Origin: an uncultured Bacilli bacterium
GTDB lineage: Bacteria; Bacillota_I; Bacilli_A; RF39; UBA660
Direction of reading: 5' to 3'
Length of the DNA: 64,000 bases
NCBI GenBank assembly: GCA_947629815.1
Contig: CANRFG010000002.1
Span: 7,539-71,538, forward strand
Shown here: positions 29,672-39,588 of the stretch, in pieces
Position numbering within the stretch: position 1 is the stretch's first letter
How the letters are laid out: every line of letters begins with the position of its first letter
The notes under the pieces: model-generated
What the model was told of the DNA's origin: nothing
Seen by the model: the letters and a program-made list of their open reading frames with translations, nothing else
Databases searched by the model: none
Position numbers and translations under genes: made by a program

Positions 29672-29718
29672 TATTGATTTAAATAGACGATTGTGCTATA
29701 ATTAACAATGGTGAAAGT

Positions 29719-30402
29719 ATGATAGAACAGTTCGAAAGATTAGAACTTCTTGTTGGACAAACTAAGTTAAAAAAAATATTTGATACAACTGTACTTGTTA
29801 TTGGTCTTGGTGGAGTTGGAAGCTATGCTGTTGAAGCATTAGTTCGTTCTGGTATTAAAAAGATTATATTAGTTGATTCAGATAAAATAGATATAACTAA
29901 TTTAAATAGGCAACTTATGACTAACTATAATAATATTGGAAAATATAAAGCAGAGGCCTTAAAAGAAAGAATAAAAACCATTAATAAATATATTGATGTT
30001 GAATGTATAAATGAATTTATTTCAAATGATAATATAGATAAATTATTTGATAGAAAAATTGATTATGTAATTGATGCTTGTGATACAGTAAATACTAAAA
30101 AAGAAATAATTAGAAAATGTGTTAAAAATAAAATTAAATTTATTTCAAGTATGGGCGTTGGAAATAAAATGAATTCTTCTAGATTAAAAATAGTTGATAT
30201 TAGAAAAACGAGTTATGACCCAATATCAAAAATAATTAGAAAAATGATAAAAGATGAAAAAATAAATAGTAAAGTCCCTGTTGTATTTAGTGATGAAATA
30301 CCTATTAAAGTAAAAGAAAAGATTGGTTCAAATTCATTTGTTCCTGCAACAGCAGGATTATTATGCGCAAGTTATGTAATAAATGATATTGTAAAGGATT
30401 GA
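29719..30402 (+). CDS. tcdA: tRNA threonylcarbamoyladenosine dehydratase TcdA (ThiF/MoeB E1-like fold)
   Basis: Rossmann GLGGVGS motif with NLNRQ; 227-aa TcdA/YrvM-type. Confidence 0.75.
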   Translation: MIEQFERLELLVGQTKLKKIFDTTVLVIGLGGVGSYAVEALVRSGIKKIILVDSDKIDITNLNRQLMTNYNNIGKYKAEALKERIKTINKYIDVECINEFISNDNIDKLFDRKIDYVIDACDTVNTKKEIIRKCVKNKIKFISSMGVGNKMNSSRLKIVDIRKTSYDPISKIIRKMIKDEKINSKVPVVFSDEIPIKVKEKIGSNSFVPATAGLLCASYVINDIVKD

Positions 30403-30406
30403 TAGT

Positions 30407-30943
30407 ATGAAACAAGATTTATACAATATAGCTAAATGTATAAGTGGTAGAGTTTTACTTATTGGTATAGAAGATGCAAATATTTTTGATATTATTAATT
30501 CTAATGATAAAATTTTAATTTGTGATTCATTAAATAATTTTAAATCTAAAAAAATGTATTGTGATAGTACTACTAAGTCTAATTCTAAAGTTATAAAAGT
30601 TAAAAAATTAAGAAAAGTTTTTAAAAAAAAGAATGTTGATTTTATTATTTGTAATATTTTGGAAATGAAAAAACATATGAAATCATTTTTAAGTGATAGT
30701 ATATATATAAATAGTAATATGCTTTATATTTATGGAAATGAAAATGATTTTGATTCTGAAGAATTAATAAGTAAATATAAACGATATTGTAATGATATAA
30801 AAATAGAAAAATTTGATGATAATTTTATTATATATATTGATAATAAAAATACAAAAACAAATAAAGTCAAAGATAAATTTTATTATGTAATTGATACTAT
30901 TTCTAATATTAGAAATATAATTGCTGATATTATAATGGGGTGA
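30407..30943 (+). CDS. hypothetical protein (178 aa)
   Basis: ORF tightly packed between tcdA and the third pilin-like gene; no recognisable domain. Confidence 0.5.
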   Translation: MKQDLYNIAKCISGRVLLIGIEDANIFDIINSNDKILICDSLNNFKSKKMYCDSTTKSNSKVIKVKKLRKVFKKKNVDFIICNILEMKKHMKSFLSDSIYINSNMLYIYGNENDFDSEELISKYKRYCNDIKIEKFDDNFIIYIDNKNTKTNKVKDKFYYVIDTISNIRNIIADIIMG

Positions 30944-30948
30944 ATTAA

Positions 30949-31824
30949 ATGAGAGAAAAAGGTTTTACATTAATTGAACTTGTTTGCGTTATATTGTTGC
31001 TGGCTATAATTATTTCTTTATCTACAATAGCTATTGTTAATGTTGTTCAAAACAGCAAAGAAAGAGAAAATAAAGCTTCTATGGAACTTATAAAGACTGC
31101 AGTAAATGATTATATTGATAAATATGAGAATGATTTTCATATAGAAAATGGTGTTACATATTGTATTGATGTACAGGATTTAATAGATGAAAATTTACTT
31201 ATTTCAAATATTAGTTATGATGGAGAAAAAATAAACGAAAAAACTGTAAAAACAGAATATAACAATAATAATTATTCTTATAAACTAGATGATAAAGAAA
31301 CTTGTATGATTTCTGAAACTAAAAAATATGAAATTACTAATTTAGTTTCAAATGGTAGTTTTGAAAATGGAACAACAGATTGGTCAGGAGATGTAATGAC
31401 AATATCAGATGATACCTCATCTAGTGGTACAAAAAGTTTGTATATTAAAGATATAGATGAAAATCATAATTTTTGGTATACACAAACTATTAACAATATA
31501 TCTGTAGGTGATAAAATATACTATACCTTAAAGTCAAAAGTTTTAAACGGAAGATTTAATATTATTTTGGATGATGATAATGGTACTTCTTTACCAGCTA
31601 GGGAATCATCTGAATTTGTTAAAATTTCTAGTATTTATAGTTCAAAACATGATACCTTTAATGTTCAAGTAGGGTCATCCTATGCTGTTATTGGAGAGGG
31701 ATATATAGATGATGTTATAATTATAAATTTAACAGAAACATTTGGCGCAGGAAATGAACCTTCTAAAGATTGGTGTGATGAACACATAAATTATTTTGAT
31801 GGAACTACGGTTATTTATAAATAA
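30949..31824 (+). CDS. modular type IV pilin-like protein 3: prepilin N-terminus plus a CBM4/9/22-like carbohydrate-binding-type C-terminal module
   Basis: N-terminus REKGFTLIELVCVILLLAIIISL is a prepilin methylation motif. The C-terminal NGSFENGTTDWSG motif is characteristic of CBM_4_9-type beta-sandwich modules. Confidence 0.7.
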   Translation: MREKGFTLIELVCVILLLAIIISLSTIAIVNVVQNSKERENKASMELIKTAVNDYIDKYENDFHIENGVTYCIDVQDLIDENLLISNISYDGEKINEKTVKTEYNNNNYSYKLDDKETCMISETKKYEITNLVSNGSFENGTTDWSGDVMTISDDTSSSGTKSLYIKDIDENHNFWYTQTINNISVGDKIYYTLKSKVLNGRFNIILDDDNGTSLPARESSEFVKISSIYSSKHDTFNVQVGSSYAVIGEGYIDDVIIINLTETFGAGNEPSKDWCDEHINYFDGTTVIYK

Positions 31825-32744
31825 GTTATTATTAATACAAGTAAACTAGAAACAACGCCATGTATTATTCTTGCAAATAAATAGGGCAGATATTTAATAT
31901 TTGTTCCTTTTAATATACTTTTTACTTGTACATGTATACATATACCCCCAAATGATAAGAAAAAGGTTGAAATTACAGCTTTTAGGTTAATATTTATATT
32001 TAACATGCTTACATATTTTAAACCTTGTGTCATTTCTATAATGCCATTTAAAATATATTGAATAATATTAGGTAAATCTAAATTACTATCAATAATTGTT
32101 GTAATAACTAAAAAAGTAGTAATAATACCAAGTAATAAAAGTAAAGTATCAATTGTTTTAGTTATGGAATTAGTAAGTATTTCAATAAAAGATTTATTAT
32201 TTAATTCTTTCTTATTATTTATCTTATTTGAATTTAGACTAGGGTGATAATTCCTAAAAATAATACCTACTATTATATTTCCTAAATAATGACAAATAAG
32301 TATAACTAAAGCAAGTCTTTTATTTAAAAATAAAGTTAATGTTCCTAATATAAAAAGAGGATTTGAAAAATGAGTAAATAATAATACTTTAGTTGCTTCA
32401 TATTCATTAATAAGTCCTTTATCATATAATTCCTTAGTATATTTTGAATTACTTGGAAAACCTGAAAAAATACTTAATACAAATATAAAAGCACACTCAC
32501 TTTTAATTTTAAATAATTTCATTAAAGGAGAAAAATATTTAGAAACAATTTCAATAAAACCATAATTAATTAATAAATCTGATAAAATAAAAAAAGGAAA
32601 TAAAGTTGGAAATATATTGTTTTTCCATATTTCCATAGAAAATGATATAGTACTTACAATAGATGTAGAGTTTGTTAATATTTCAAATATAAAAAAAAAT
32701 AAAATTGTTATAATAAAATAATTTACATATTTCTTCATATTCAC
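31815..32744 (-). CDS. ylbJ: sporulation integral membrane protein YlbJ
   Basis: Collinear similarity to B. subtilis YlbJ (IWKNNIFPTLFPFFILSDLL, LFARIIHG). Confidence 0.75.
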   Translation of the reverse strand: MNMKKYVNYFIITILFFFIFEILTNSTSIVSTISFSMEIWKNNIFPTLFPFFILSDLLINYGFIEIVSKYFSPLMKLFKIKSECAFIFVLSIFSGFPSNSKYTKELYDKGLINEYEATKVLLFTHFSNPLFILGTLTLFLNKRLALVILICHYLGNIIVGIIFRNYHPSLNSNKINNKKELNNKSFIEILTNSITKTIDTLLLLLGIITTFLVITTIIDSNLDLPNIIQYILNGIIEMTQGLKYVSMLNININLKAVISTFFLSFGGICIHVQVKSILKGTNIKYLPYLFARIIHGVVSSLLVLIITYL

Positions 32745-32783
32745 ACCTACATTCTTATAAAATTGATTAGAAAGGATAAATCT

Positions 32784-33791
32784 ATGATTAATAAATTATA
32801 TGAAAAAATAAAGTTATATATAAAAGAAAATTACAAATTTTTATTAGGAATACTAGTTATATTTTTTCTTGGTACTTTTAAACTTCCTTTTTTTATAGAT
32901 GCTCCAGGAGGAATTATAAATGTTAATGATAAAATAGAAATAGAAAATTCAAATGATATTAATGGTAGTTTAAATTTATCATATGTAACAGAACTAAATG
33001 CAACAATACCTACTTATTTATTCGCACTTTTAAATAAAGATTATGATATTATCCCACAAGAAGAAATGAAATATGATAATGAAACAATAGAAGAAGCTAT
33101 GAAAAGAAGCGATATATTATTAAAAGAATCAGTAAGCTATTCAACTTATGTTGCTTATAAAAAAGCAAATAAAGAAATTAATATAACAAGTAGTGAAGTT
33201 TATGTTGCATATATTATAGATAGAAACACAAACGATTTAAAAATAGGGGACCAAATATTAAAAATAGATGATATAGAGATTAAAAGCAAGGAAAAATTAA
33301 ATGAAGTTTTATCTAAATATAATGAAAATGATACAATAAATATCAAAGTTAAAAACGATAATAAAGAATATACAAGAACCGCTAAAATGAAATTAATAGA
33401 TGGTAAAGCTGCTATTGGAATATTAATATCTGAAGTATATGATTTAGAAACTTCTCCAACTATTAATTATAAATTTGATAGTTCAGAAACAGGTCCATCA
33501 GGTGGTTTAATGCTTACTCTTGCTATTTATGATTATTTAACAGAAGAAGATTTAACGCGTGGCAGAAAAATCGTAGGAACAGGTACAATAGATTTTGATG
33601 GTAATGTAGGACAGATAGGTGGAGTTAAATATAAATTAAAAGGAGCAATTAAAAATAAAGCAGATATATTTATAGTTCCAGCAGGAGAAAACTATGATGA
33701 AGTAATGGATTTAGTAAAAGAAAATAATTACAATATAAAAATAATCAAAGCATTAAACTTTGACCAAGTAGTAAATGAACTAAAAAAATAA
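32784..33791 (+). CDS. ylbL: SepM/YlbL-family Lon-like S16 serine peptidase with PDZ domain
   Basis: N-terminal TM, PDZ region, and C-terminal Lon-proteolytic-like domain (GPSGGLMLTLAIYDYL ... IDFDGNVGQIGGVKYKLKGA). Adjacent to ylbJ as in Bacillus. Confidence 0.78.
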   Translation: MINKLYEKIKLYIKENYKFLLGILVIFFLGTFKLPFFIDAPGGIINVNDKIEIENSNDINGSLNLSYVTELNATIPTYLFALLNKDYDIIPQEEMKYDNETIEEAMKRSDILLKESVSYSTYVAYKKANKEINITSSEVYVAYIIDRNTNDLKIGDQILKIDDIEIKSKEKLNEVLSKYNENDTINIKVKNDNKEYTRTAKMKLIDGKAAIGILISEVYDLETSPTINYKFDSSETGPSGGLMLTLAIYDYLTEEDLTRGRKIVGTGTIDFDGNVGQIGGVKYKLKGAIKNKADIFIVPAGENYDEVMDLVKENNYNIKIIKALNFDQVVNELKK

Positions 33792-33838
33792 ATTTAATTT
33801 TTAAATAAGAATTTATCTAATGATAAAGTCAATTTTAA

Positions 33839-34240
33839 TTAATTGATAATATAACTTTTTTCAATATATTTTTGTATTTTATTTTCACTTATAGGATAAA
33901 TAGTGGCAACATAATTATCCTTGTTCTTTTGCAAATTCAATTTAACAACAACGCATACATTTTCCTCTATTTTTTTAAAATAAAGTAAAGAATTTTTACA
34001 TTTATCATAATAAACAAAAAGTGGATTATTTATTATATTTTCAATGTTAGTTATTGCTTTATTATAATTATCTACGCTTGAAAATTCAGAAATGTGTTTT
34101 GTTATGTGTAAGTATAAATCTAATGATTGAACAATTGTTGTGTTTTTATAATCATATAATTTATATTTATCAATTATGTCATTTGAAATTACACCAACAA
34201 TTTTTTTTATTTGCTTTTTGCTCATATTAATCACCACCAT
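33839..34240 (-). CDS. hypothetical protein (133 aa)
   Basis: ORF with RBS GGTGGTGA, preceded by a 230-nt structured leader. Confidence 0.5.
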   Translation of the reverse strand: MVVINMSKKQIKKIVGVISNDIIDKYKLYDYKNTTIVQSLDLYLHITKHISEFSSVDNYNKAITNIENIINNPLFVYYDKCKNSLLYFKKIEENVCVVVKLNLQKNKDNYVATIYPISENKIQKYIEKSYIIN

Positions 34241-34245
34241 AAAAA

Positions 34246-34475
34246 AATAACCTCCAATCTAAAAATTAAATTGGAGGATTTGAACAAATTTAAGTAGTCT
34301 CCCAGTCCTACATGTATTCTTTCGGCTACGCCTACTCAAACCAAAATAAATTGGCGTTAGTGCAAGAAGAAAATTTACACCCTTTAAATTTGAACAATGT
34401 TATTTTAATACATAAACAACAAAAACTTTGTCAAAAATTGCTCGACAATAAGAATATATCATATTTTTTATTACT
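34246..34475 (-). promoter_or_regulatory. candidate cis-regulatory leader/attenuator: promoter TTGACA-17-TATATT (about 34470-34442, minus strand), 200-nt GC-enriched leader, and terminator hairpin CCTCCAAT-N11-ATTGGAGG + T7 ending 18 nt before the start codon
   Basis: The only promoter for the 33839..34240 gene lies upstream of a strong intrinsic terminator, so expression requires regulated read-through. One hairpin arm is a CCTCC anti-SD-like sequence. Confidence 0.4.
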
Positions 34476-34512
34476 TGTCAAATCTTATTTTATATAAATT
34501 ATATAATTTTAA

Positions 34513-34785
34513 CTATTCTTTTAATCCTTTTTCAACGCCATTCATAAGTCTTAATAAATCAATGACAAGTATTAAACCTAATAAATTAAGTATTACAAAT
34601 AAAACCATATTTTTATTAAAATTACCAATTCCATTAAAGAAACAAAGACCAATTAAAACCAAATAAAATAAAATACAAATAATATAAATAGTATATCTTT
34701 TACTTGATTTTACTTTTTTATTTGTTAACATTGAAAGTAATCCACCATTCATTAAATCTTGAGTGATATTATAAGTATTTTTCAT
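34513..34785 (-). CDS. small membrane protein (90 aa, 2 TM)
   Basis: Strong RBS GGAGGGAAG 8 nt before the ATG; two hydrophobic helices. Confidence 0.55.
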   Translation of the reverse strand: MKNTYNITQDLMNGGLLSMLTNKKVKSSKRYTIYIICILFYLVLIGLCFFNGIGNFNKNMVLFVILNLLGLILVIDLLRLMNGVEKGLKE

Positions 34786-34883
34786 AAAACTTCCCTCCTA
34801 AATAAGTATATAAAATTTATAAATTTTTATCAAGTATATTTTACTTTAATTATTAGTTTTGGTATAATTAAATAGGTGGTAAA

Positions 34884-37418
34884 ATGAAACTAAACGAAGT
34901 CGATGTAACAAAAGTTTCCCCTGGAATAAGACAATATATTGATGTAAAAAAACAAAATCCAGATGTAATAATTTTTTTTAGATTAGGTGATTTTTATGAA
35001 ATGTTTTTTGAAGATGCAATAAACATTTCAAGAGAATTAGAATTAACACTTACAGGAAAAAATGCTGGATTAGAAGAAAAAGTACCAATGTGTGGTATAC
35101 CTTATCATGCTGCTAAATTATATATAGATAAATTAGTAGAAAAAGGATATAAAGTAGGTATATGTGAACAATTAGAAGACCCAAAAACTGCTAAAGGAAT
35201 CGTTAAAAGAGATTTAATACAAATAATAAGTAAGGGTACAATAATGGATAACGAATCCTTAAAAGAATATGAAAATAATTATATTGGTAATATTATAGAT
35301 TTCACACATGCATATGGTGTAAGTTACATAGATATATCAACAGGAGAAGTTAATGTATTTTTAATAGAACATAATAACTCTAAATTAGTAAGTGAAATAG
35401 TAAGTATCGGAATAAAAGAAATAATAGTAACAGATAAAGTAGACTTGTCGATTACTTCAATGCTTGAAAATCAATTTAAAATATCAACTACTGTATTTAA
35501 TGATATAACATCAACAGAATATGAATACATTTATAAAGATATTGAAGATATTAGATATATAGAAACAATAAGACATTTACTAACATATATAACAACAACT
35601 CAAAAAAGAAATATGCAACATATGCAAAAAGCTATTATAAGAGAAAATAAAAATTACTTAAAAATGGATATTCATACTAAAAGAAACTTAGAACTTACAG
35701 AAACATTAAGACTTAAACAAAGAAATTATTCATTAATTTGGTTACTAGATAAAACAAAAACTGCGATGGGCTCTAGAATGCTTAAAAACTATATAGAAAA
35801 TCCATTAATAAATGTAGATGAAATAAATAGAAGATATGATTTTGTTCAAAAATTATTAGAACAATTTATATTAAAAAGTGACTTAGAAAAATGTTTAATA
35901 GAAGTATATGACTTAGAAAGATTAAGTGGTAGAATTGCGTTTGGAAGTGCGAATGCTAGAGATTTATTACAACTTAAAAACTCTATAAAAGTATTACCAA
36001 ATATTAAATCATTACTTGAACAAATTAATTATGACAAATCATTTGATACATTAGAAGAATTATATAACTTATTAGAAGAAAGTATATATGAAAATCCACC
36101 TGTTTCAATAAAAGAAGGATATTTAATAAAAGAAGGATACGATAAAGATTTAGACGAATTAAAAGAACTAAGAAAAGGTGGAAAAGACTTTATCGCTAAA
36201 TTTGAAACAGAAGAAAGAGAAAGAACAGGAATTAAAAATTTAAAAGTAGGCTACAATAGAGTATTTGGATATTATATAGAAGTAAGTAAAGGAAACACAA
36301 ATCTTATAAAAGAAGAATATGGTTATGAAAGAAGACAAACACTTGCTAACTGCGAAAGATATATAAGTCCAATACTAAAAGAAAAGGAATCACTTATATT
36401 AAATGCAGAAGAAAAAATAATAGATTTAGAATATGAATTATTTAATTTAATCAAAGATAAAGTAAAAGAATATATTCCAAAACTTCAAAATATTTCAAAA
36501 ATAATAAGTGAAATAGATGTATTACAATCTTTCGCAACCATTACTGAAGAAAATAATTATGTAAGACCTATTATTACAAAAAACGAAATAGAAATAATAG
36601 AAGGTAGACATCCTGTTGTAGAAAAAGTATTAGAAGGTAGCGAATATGTAGAAAACGATGTAATAATGGATGAAAAAACAAATGTACTTCTTATTACAGG
36701 TCCTAATATGGCCGGTAAATCAACTTATATGAGGCAAATGGCAATAATTGCTATAATGGCTCAAATTGGTTGCTTTGTACCTGCTAAAAGCGCTAAATTA
36801 CCAATATTTGATGCGATATATACAAGAATAGGTGCAAGTGATGATTTAGTAAGTGGAGAATCGACATTTATGGTAGAAATGTTAGAAGCAAATAATGCAA
36901 TACAAAATGCAACAGAAAGAAGTTTAATATTATTTGATGAATTGGGTAGGGGAACTGCTACTTTTGATGGTATGGCTTTAGCACAATCAATAATAGAATA
37001 TATACATGACAACATTAAAGCAAAAACTTTATTTTCAACACATTATCATGAATTAACTGATTTAGAAAACACACTTAAAAACCTTAAAAATGTTCATGTT
37101 TCTGCTCATGAAGAAAATGGTAATATAACTTTTCTGCACAAAGTAAAAGAAGGTAGTATTGATAAAAGTTATGGTATTCATGTTGCTAAACTTGCAAACC
37201 TTCCTGATAGCTTAATAAATAGAGCAAATCAAATATTAAAAATATATGAAAACAAAGAAATTAAAAGAGATGTAAAAATACAAGAAGCACTTCCTATAGA
37301 AGAGTTAATTCCTAAAAAAAGTGAAATAGAAAATATGTTAGATTCAGTTAATCCTTTAGAAATAACTCCAATTGAGGCTTTAAATATACTATATAAATTA
37401 AAAGAAAAAATGAAATAG
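34884..37418 (+). CDS. mutS: DNA mismatch repair protein MutS
   Basis: Full-length MutS with Walker A GPNMAGKSTYMRQ and FDELGRGT motifs. Confidence 0.95.
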   Translation: MKLNEVDVTKVSPGIRQYIDVKKQNPDVIIFFRLGDFYEMFFEDAINISRELELTLTGKNAGLEEKVPMCGIPYHAAKLYIDKLVEKGYKVGICEQLEDPKTAKGIVKRDLIQIISKGTIMDNESLKEYENNYIGNIIDFTHAYGVSYIDISTGEVNVFLIEHNNSKLVSEIVSIGIKEIIVTDKVDLSITSMLENQFKISTTVFNDITSTEYEYIYKDIEDIRYIETIRHLLTYITTTQKRNMQHMQKAIIRENKNYLKMDIHTKRNLELTETLRLKQRNYSLIWLLDKTKTAMGSRMLKNYIENPLINVDEINRRYDFVQKLLEQFILKSDLEKCLIEVYDLERLSGRIAFGSANARDLLQLKNSIKVLPNIKSLLEQINYDKSFDTLEELYNLLEESIYENPPVSIKEGYLIKEGYDKDLDELKELRKGGKDFIAKFETEERERTGIKNLKVGYNRVFGYYIEVSKGNTNLIKEEYGYERRQTLANCERYISPILKEKESLILNAEEKIIDLEYELFNLIKDKVKEYIPKLQNISKIISEIDVLQSFATITEENNYVRPIITKNEIEIIEGRHPVVEKVLEGSEYVENDVIMDEKTNVLLITGPNMAGKSTYMRQMAIIAIMAQIGCFVPAKSAKLPIFDAIYTRIGASDDLVSGESTFMVEMLEANNAIQNATERSLILFDELGRGTATFDGMALAQSIIEYIHDNIKAKTLFSTHYHELTDLENTLKNLKNVHVSAHEENGNITFLHKVKEGSIDKSYGIHVAKLANLPDSLINRANQILKIYENKEIKRDVKIQEALPIEELIPKKSEIENMLDSVNPLEITPIEALNILYKLKEKMK

Positions 37419-37426
37419 AGGTAAAT

Positions 37427-38710
37427 ATGAAAATATTAATAAAAAATGGATTAGTAGTTACTATAAATAAAAATGATGAAATAAAAAAAATGGACATTTT
37501 AATAGAAGATGATGAAATAAAATTTTTAGGTGATAATTATAATGGAAATGTTGATAAAGTAATAGATGCAACAAATAAAGTAATTTTACCGGGTCTAATA
37601 AATACACATACACATTTAGGTATGTCTATATTTAGAGGAACTAGTGATGGACTTTCATTAATGAATTGGTTAAATAATAAAATATGGCCTCTTGAAGATA
37701 AATTAACACCTAAAGATGTATATTATAACAATTTACTTTCTTGTATTGAAATGATAAAAACAGGGACAACTACTTGTTGTGATATGTATTTTGGTGTCAC
37801 TGAAGGTATAAATGCAATAATTAATAGCAAAATAAGATGTGTTTATACAAGATGTTTAATGGATAATGATGGTTTAGGAGATGAAAAAATAAAAGAATTT
37901 TTAGATTTATATAATAATTATAAAGATAAAAATCCTCTTCTAACTTTTAGTGCATCAGTACATTCAATGTATACTTGTTCATATGAATATTTAAAAAAGG
38001 TTAAAAAATTAGCAGATGAAAACAATTTATTATTAAATATACATTGCGCTGAAAATATAGAAGAAATAAACACAATAAAAGAAAAATATAATAAAACTCC
38101 TATACAATTGTTAGATGAACTTGGATATTTACAAAGTAAACTTCTTTTAGCCCATGGCACTTATATAACTGATGAAGATATAAAACTATTAAAAAATAAA
38201 AATGTTTCTATTGCTCATAATCCAATAAGTAATTTAAATTTAGGTTGTGGTATTGCTCCAATTAGTAAATTTGTTAAATACAATATAAATGTTTCAATAG
38301 GAACAGATGGACAGGGTAGTGGAAATAACTTAAATTTATTCAATCATATAGGATATGTTGATTTATTACAAAAAGGTTTTAATAAAGATGCACAAATAAT
38401 TGAATCATATGATGTACTTAAAATGGCTACAATAAATGGCGCTAAAGCACTTGGACTTGATAATTTAGTAGGAAGTATAGAAGTAGGTAAAAAAGCAGAT
38501 ATTATTATATTAGATATGAATAATATAGAAATTTTTCCAACAAACAATCTAATATTTGATATAGTACATAATATATCTATAAATAATATAGAAACAACTA
38601 TTATAAATGGAAATATATTGATGGAAAATCATAAATTATTACTAGATGTAAATATAGATGATTTAAAAGAAAATATTAATAATATACTTAAAAAGATGGG
38701 TGAAATATGA
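37427..38710 (+). CDS. amidohydrolase, 5-methylthioadenosine/S-adenosylhomocysteine deaminase family (MtaD-like)
   Basis: Metal-binding HTH motif (LPGLINTHTHLGMSIFRG), chlorohydrolase-family layout, 427 aa. Confidence 0.75.
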   Translation: MKILIKNGLVVTINKNDEIKKMDILIEDDEIKFLGDNYNGNVDKVIDATNKVILPGLINTHTHLGMSIFRGTSDGLSLMNWLNNKIWPLEDKLTPKDVYYNNLLSCIEMIKTGTTTCCDMYFGVTEGINAIINSKIRCVYTRCLMDNDGLGDEKIKEFLDLYNNYKDKNPLLTFSASVHSMYTCSYEYLKKVKKLADENNLLLNIHCAENIEEINTIKEKYNKTPIQLLDELGYLQSKLLLAHGTYITDEDIKLLKNKNVSIAHNPISNLNLGCGIAPISKFVKYNINVSIGTDGQGSGNNLNLFNHIGYVDLLQKGFNKDAQIIESYDVLKMATINGAKALGLDNLVGSIEVGKKADIIILDMNNIEIFPTNNLIFDIVHNISINNIETTIINGNILMENHKLLLDVNIDDLKENINNILKKMGEI

Positions 38711-39093
38711 AAATATTAAAAAAAGAAAATTGGTGGATTTGGTTATTATTAACTTTATTTTCAAGTGGTAGTAGTACATTAGTATTAGGTGCTTTACTTG
38801 ATGTTTATAGAAAAAATGCATGGTATAGAAAATGGTATTATTGGGTACTAGGAATTCCATTTATATTCCCACTCTTAATAATGATATTTATATTTTACTT
38901 AGAAATTATGTGCAAAACAGCAGCCAAATTAGAAGTTTCAGGTAAGGAAATATACTTATCACCTTATACATGGATAATATGTGTGATTATTCCAATTATT
39001 GGTTGGATAGTTGCTATTATAATGTCTATTTATATACAAGTAGATATAATATATCGTTTATATATAGGAAATGGAGAAAAATATATTAATTAA
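38707..39093 (+). CDS. hypothetical membrane protein (128 aa, Trp-rich)
   Basis: ORF overlapping the mtaD stop; 3-4 TM helices. Confidence 0.5.
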   Translation: MKILKKENWWIWLLLTLFSSGSSTLVLGALLDVYRKNAWYRKWYYWVLGIPFIFPLLIMIFIFYLEIMCKTAAKLEVSGKEIYLSPYTWIICVIIPIIGWIVAIIMSIYIQVDIIYRLYIGNGEKYIN

Positions 39094-39161
39094 ATATATT
39101 TTTTCTTTTTACTTGATTTTGGTTTTAATTTTTTATATACTTATTATGGAGGGTATAGGTT

Positions 39162-39551
39162 ATGGATGTAAAAGTAAATTTTAATGGAACTGAAAAAAAT
39201 AAAAATGAAATAATATACAATAATATTATTGATACAATGGAAGATATGAATATTTCTAAACAAGAACAAATAGAATATTTAAAACAAAAAATAACTTATT
39301 TAGAAAATACTTCAAAAGAAAGAGCAATTATAATTATAACTGTATTAATAGGATTTATACTTTTATTATTTGGAGTTTATTTAATGAGTATAAATATTAA
39401 AACATATGGTGCGATATTTATAGTTGTAAGTTTTATAGCAGTAATAACTAAACTTATATTAGTTATTAGAAAATTACAAGCATCATCTAAAGATGGAAAA
39501 TTTGATAGTGTTGAACAATTAAGAAAAATATTAAACTTAAAATTAAAATAA
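39162..39551 (+). CDS. hypothetical membrane protein (129 aa)
   Basis: ORF with RBS GGAGGG; two TM helices. Confidence 0.5.
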   Translation: MDVKVNFNGTEKNKNEIIYNNIIDTMEDMNISKQEQIEYLKQKITYLENTSKERAIIIITVLIGFILLLFGVYLMSINIKTYGAIFIVVSFIAVITKLILVIRKLQASSKDGKFDSVEQLRKILNLKLK

Positions 39552-39588
39552 TTTTAAGTTTTTATAATTTTATATAAGGAGTTTAATA

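Noticed and set aside
29600-34360. Shared motif TTTCGG..CGCCTAC / GTAG..CTAC between the 29.6-kb element and the 34.3-kb leader, as evidence for a common RNA family
   Set aside because: The shared stretch is short (about 15 nt with gaps). The two elements are in opposite functional orientations relative to their downstream genes. This is probably coincidence, and is kept only as a note inside the two findings.
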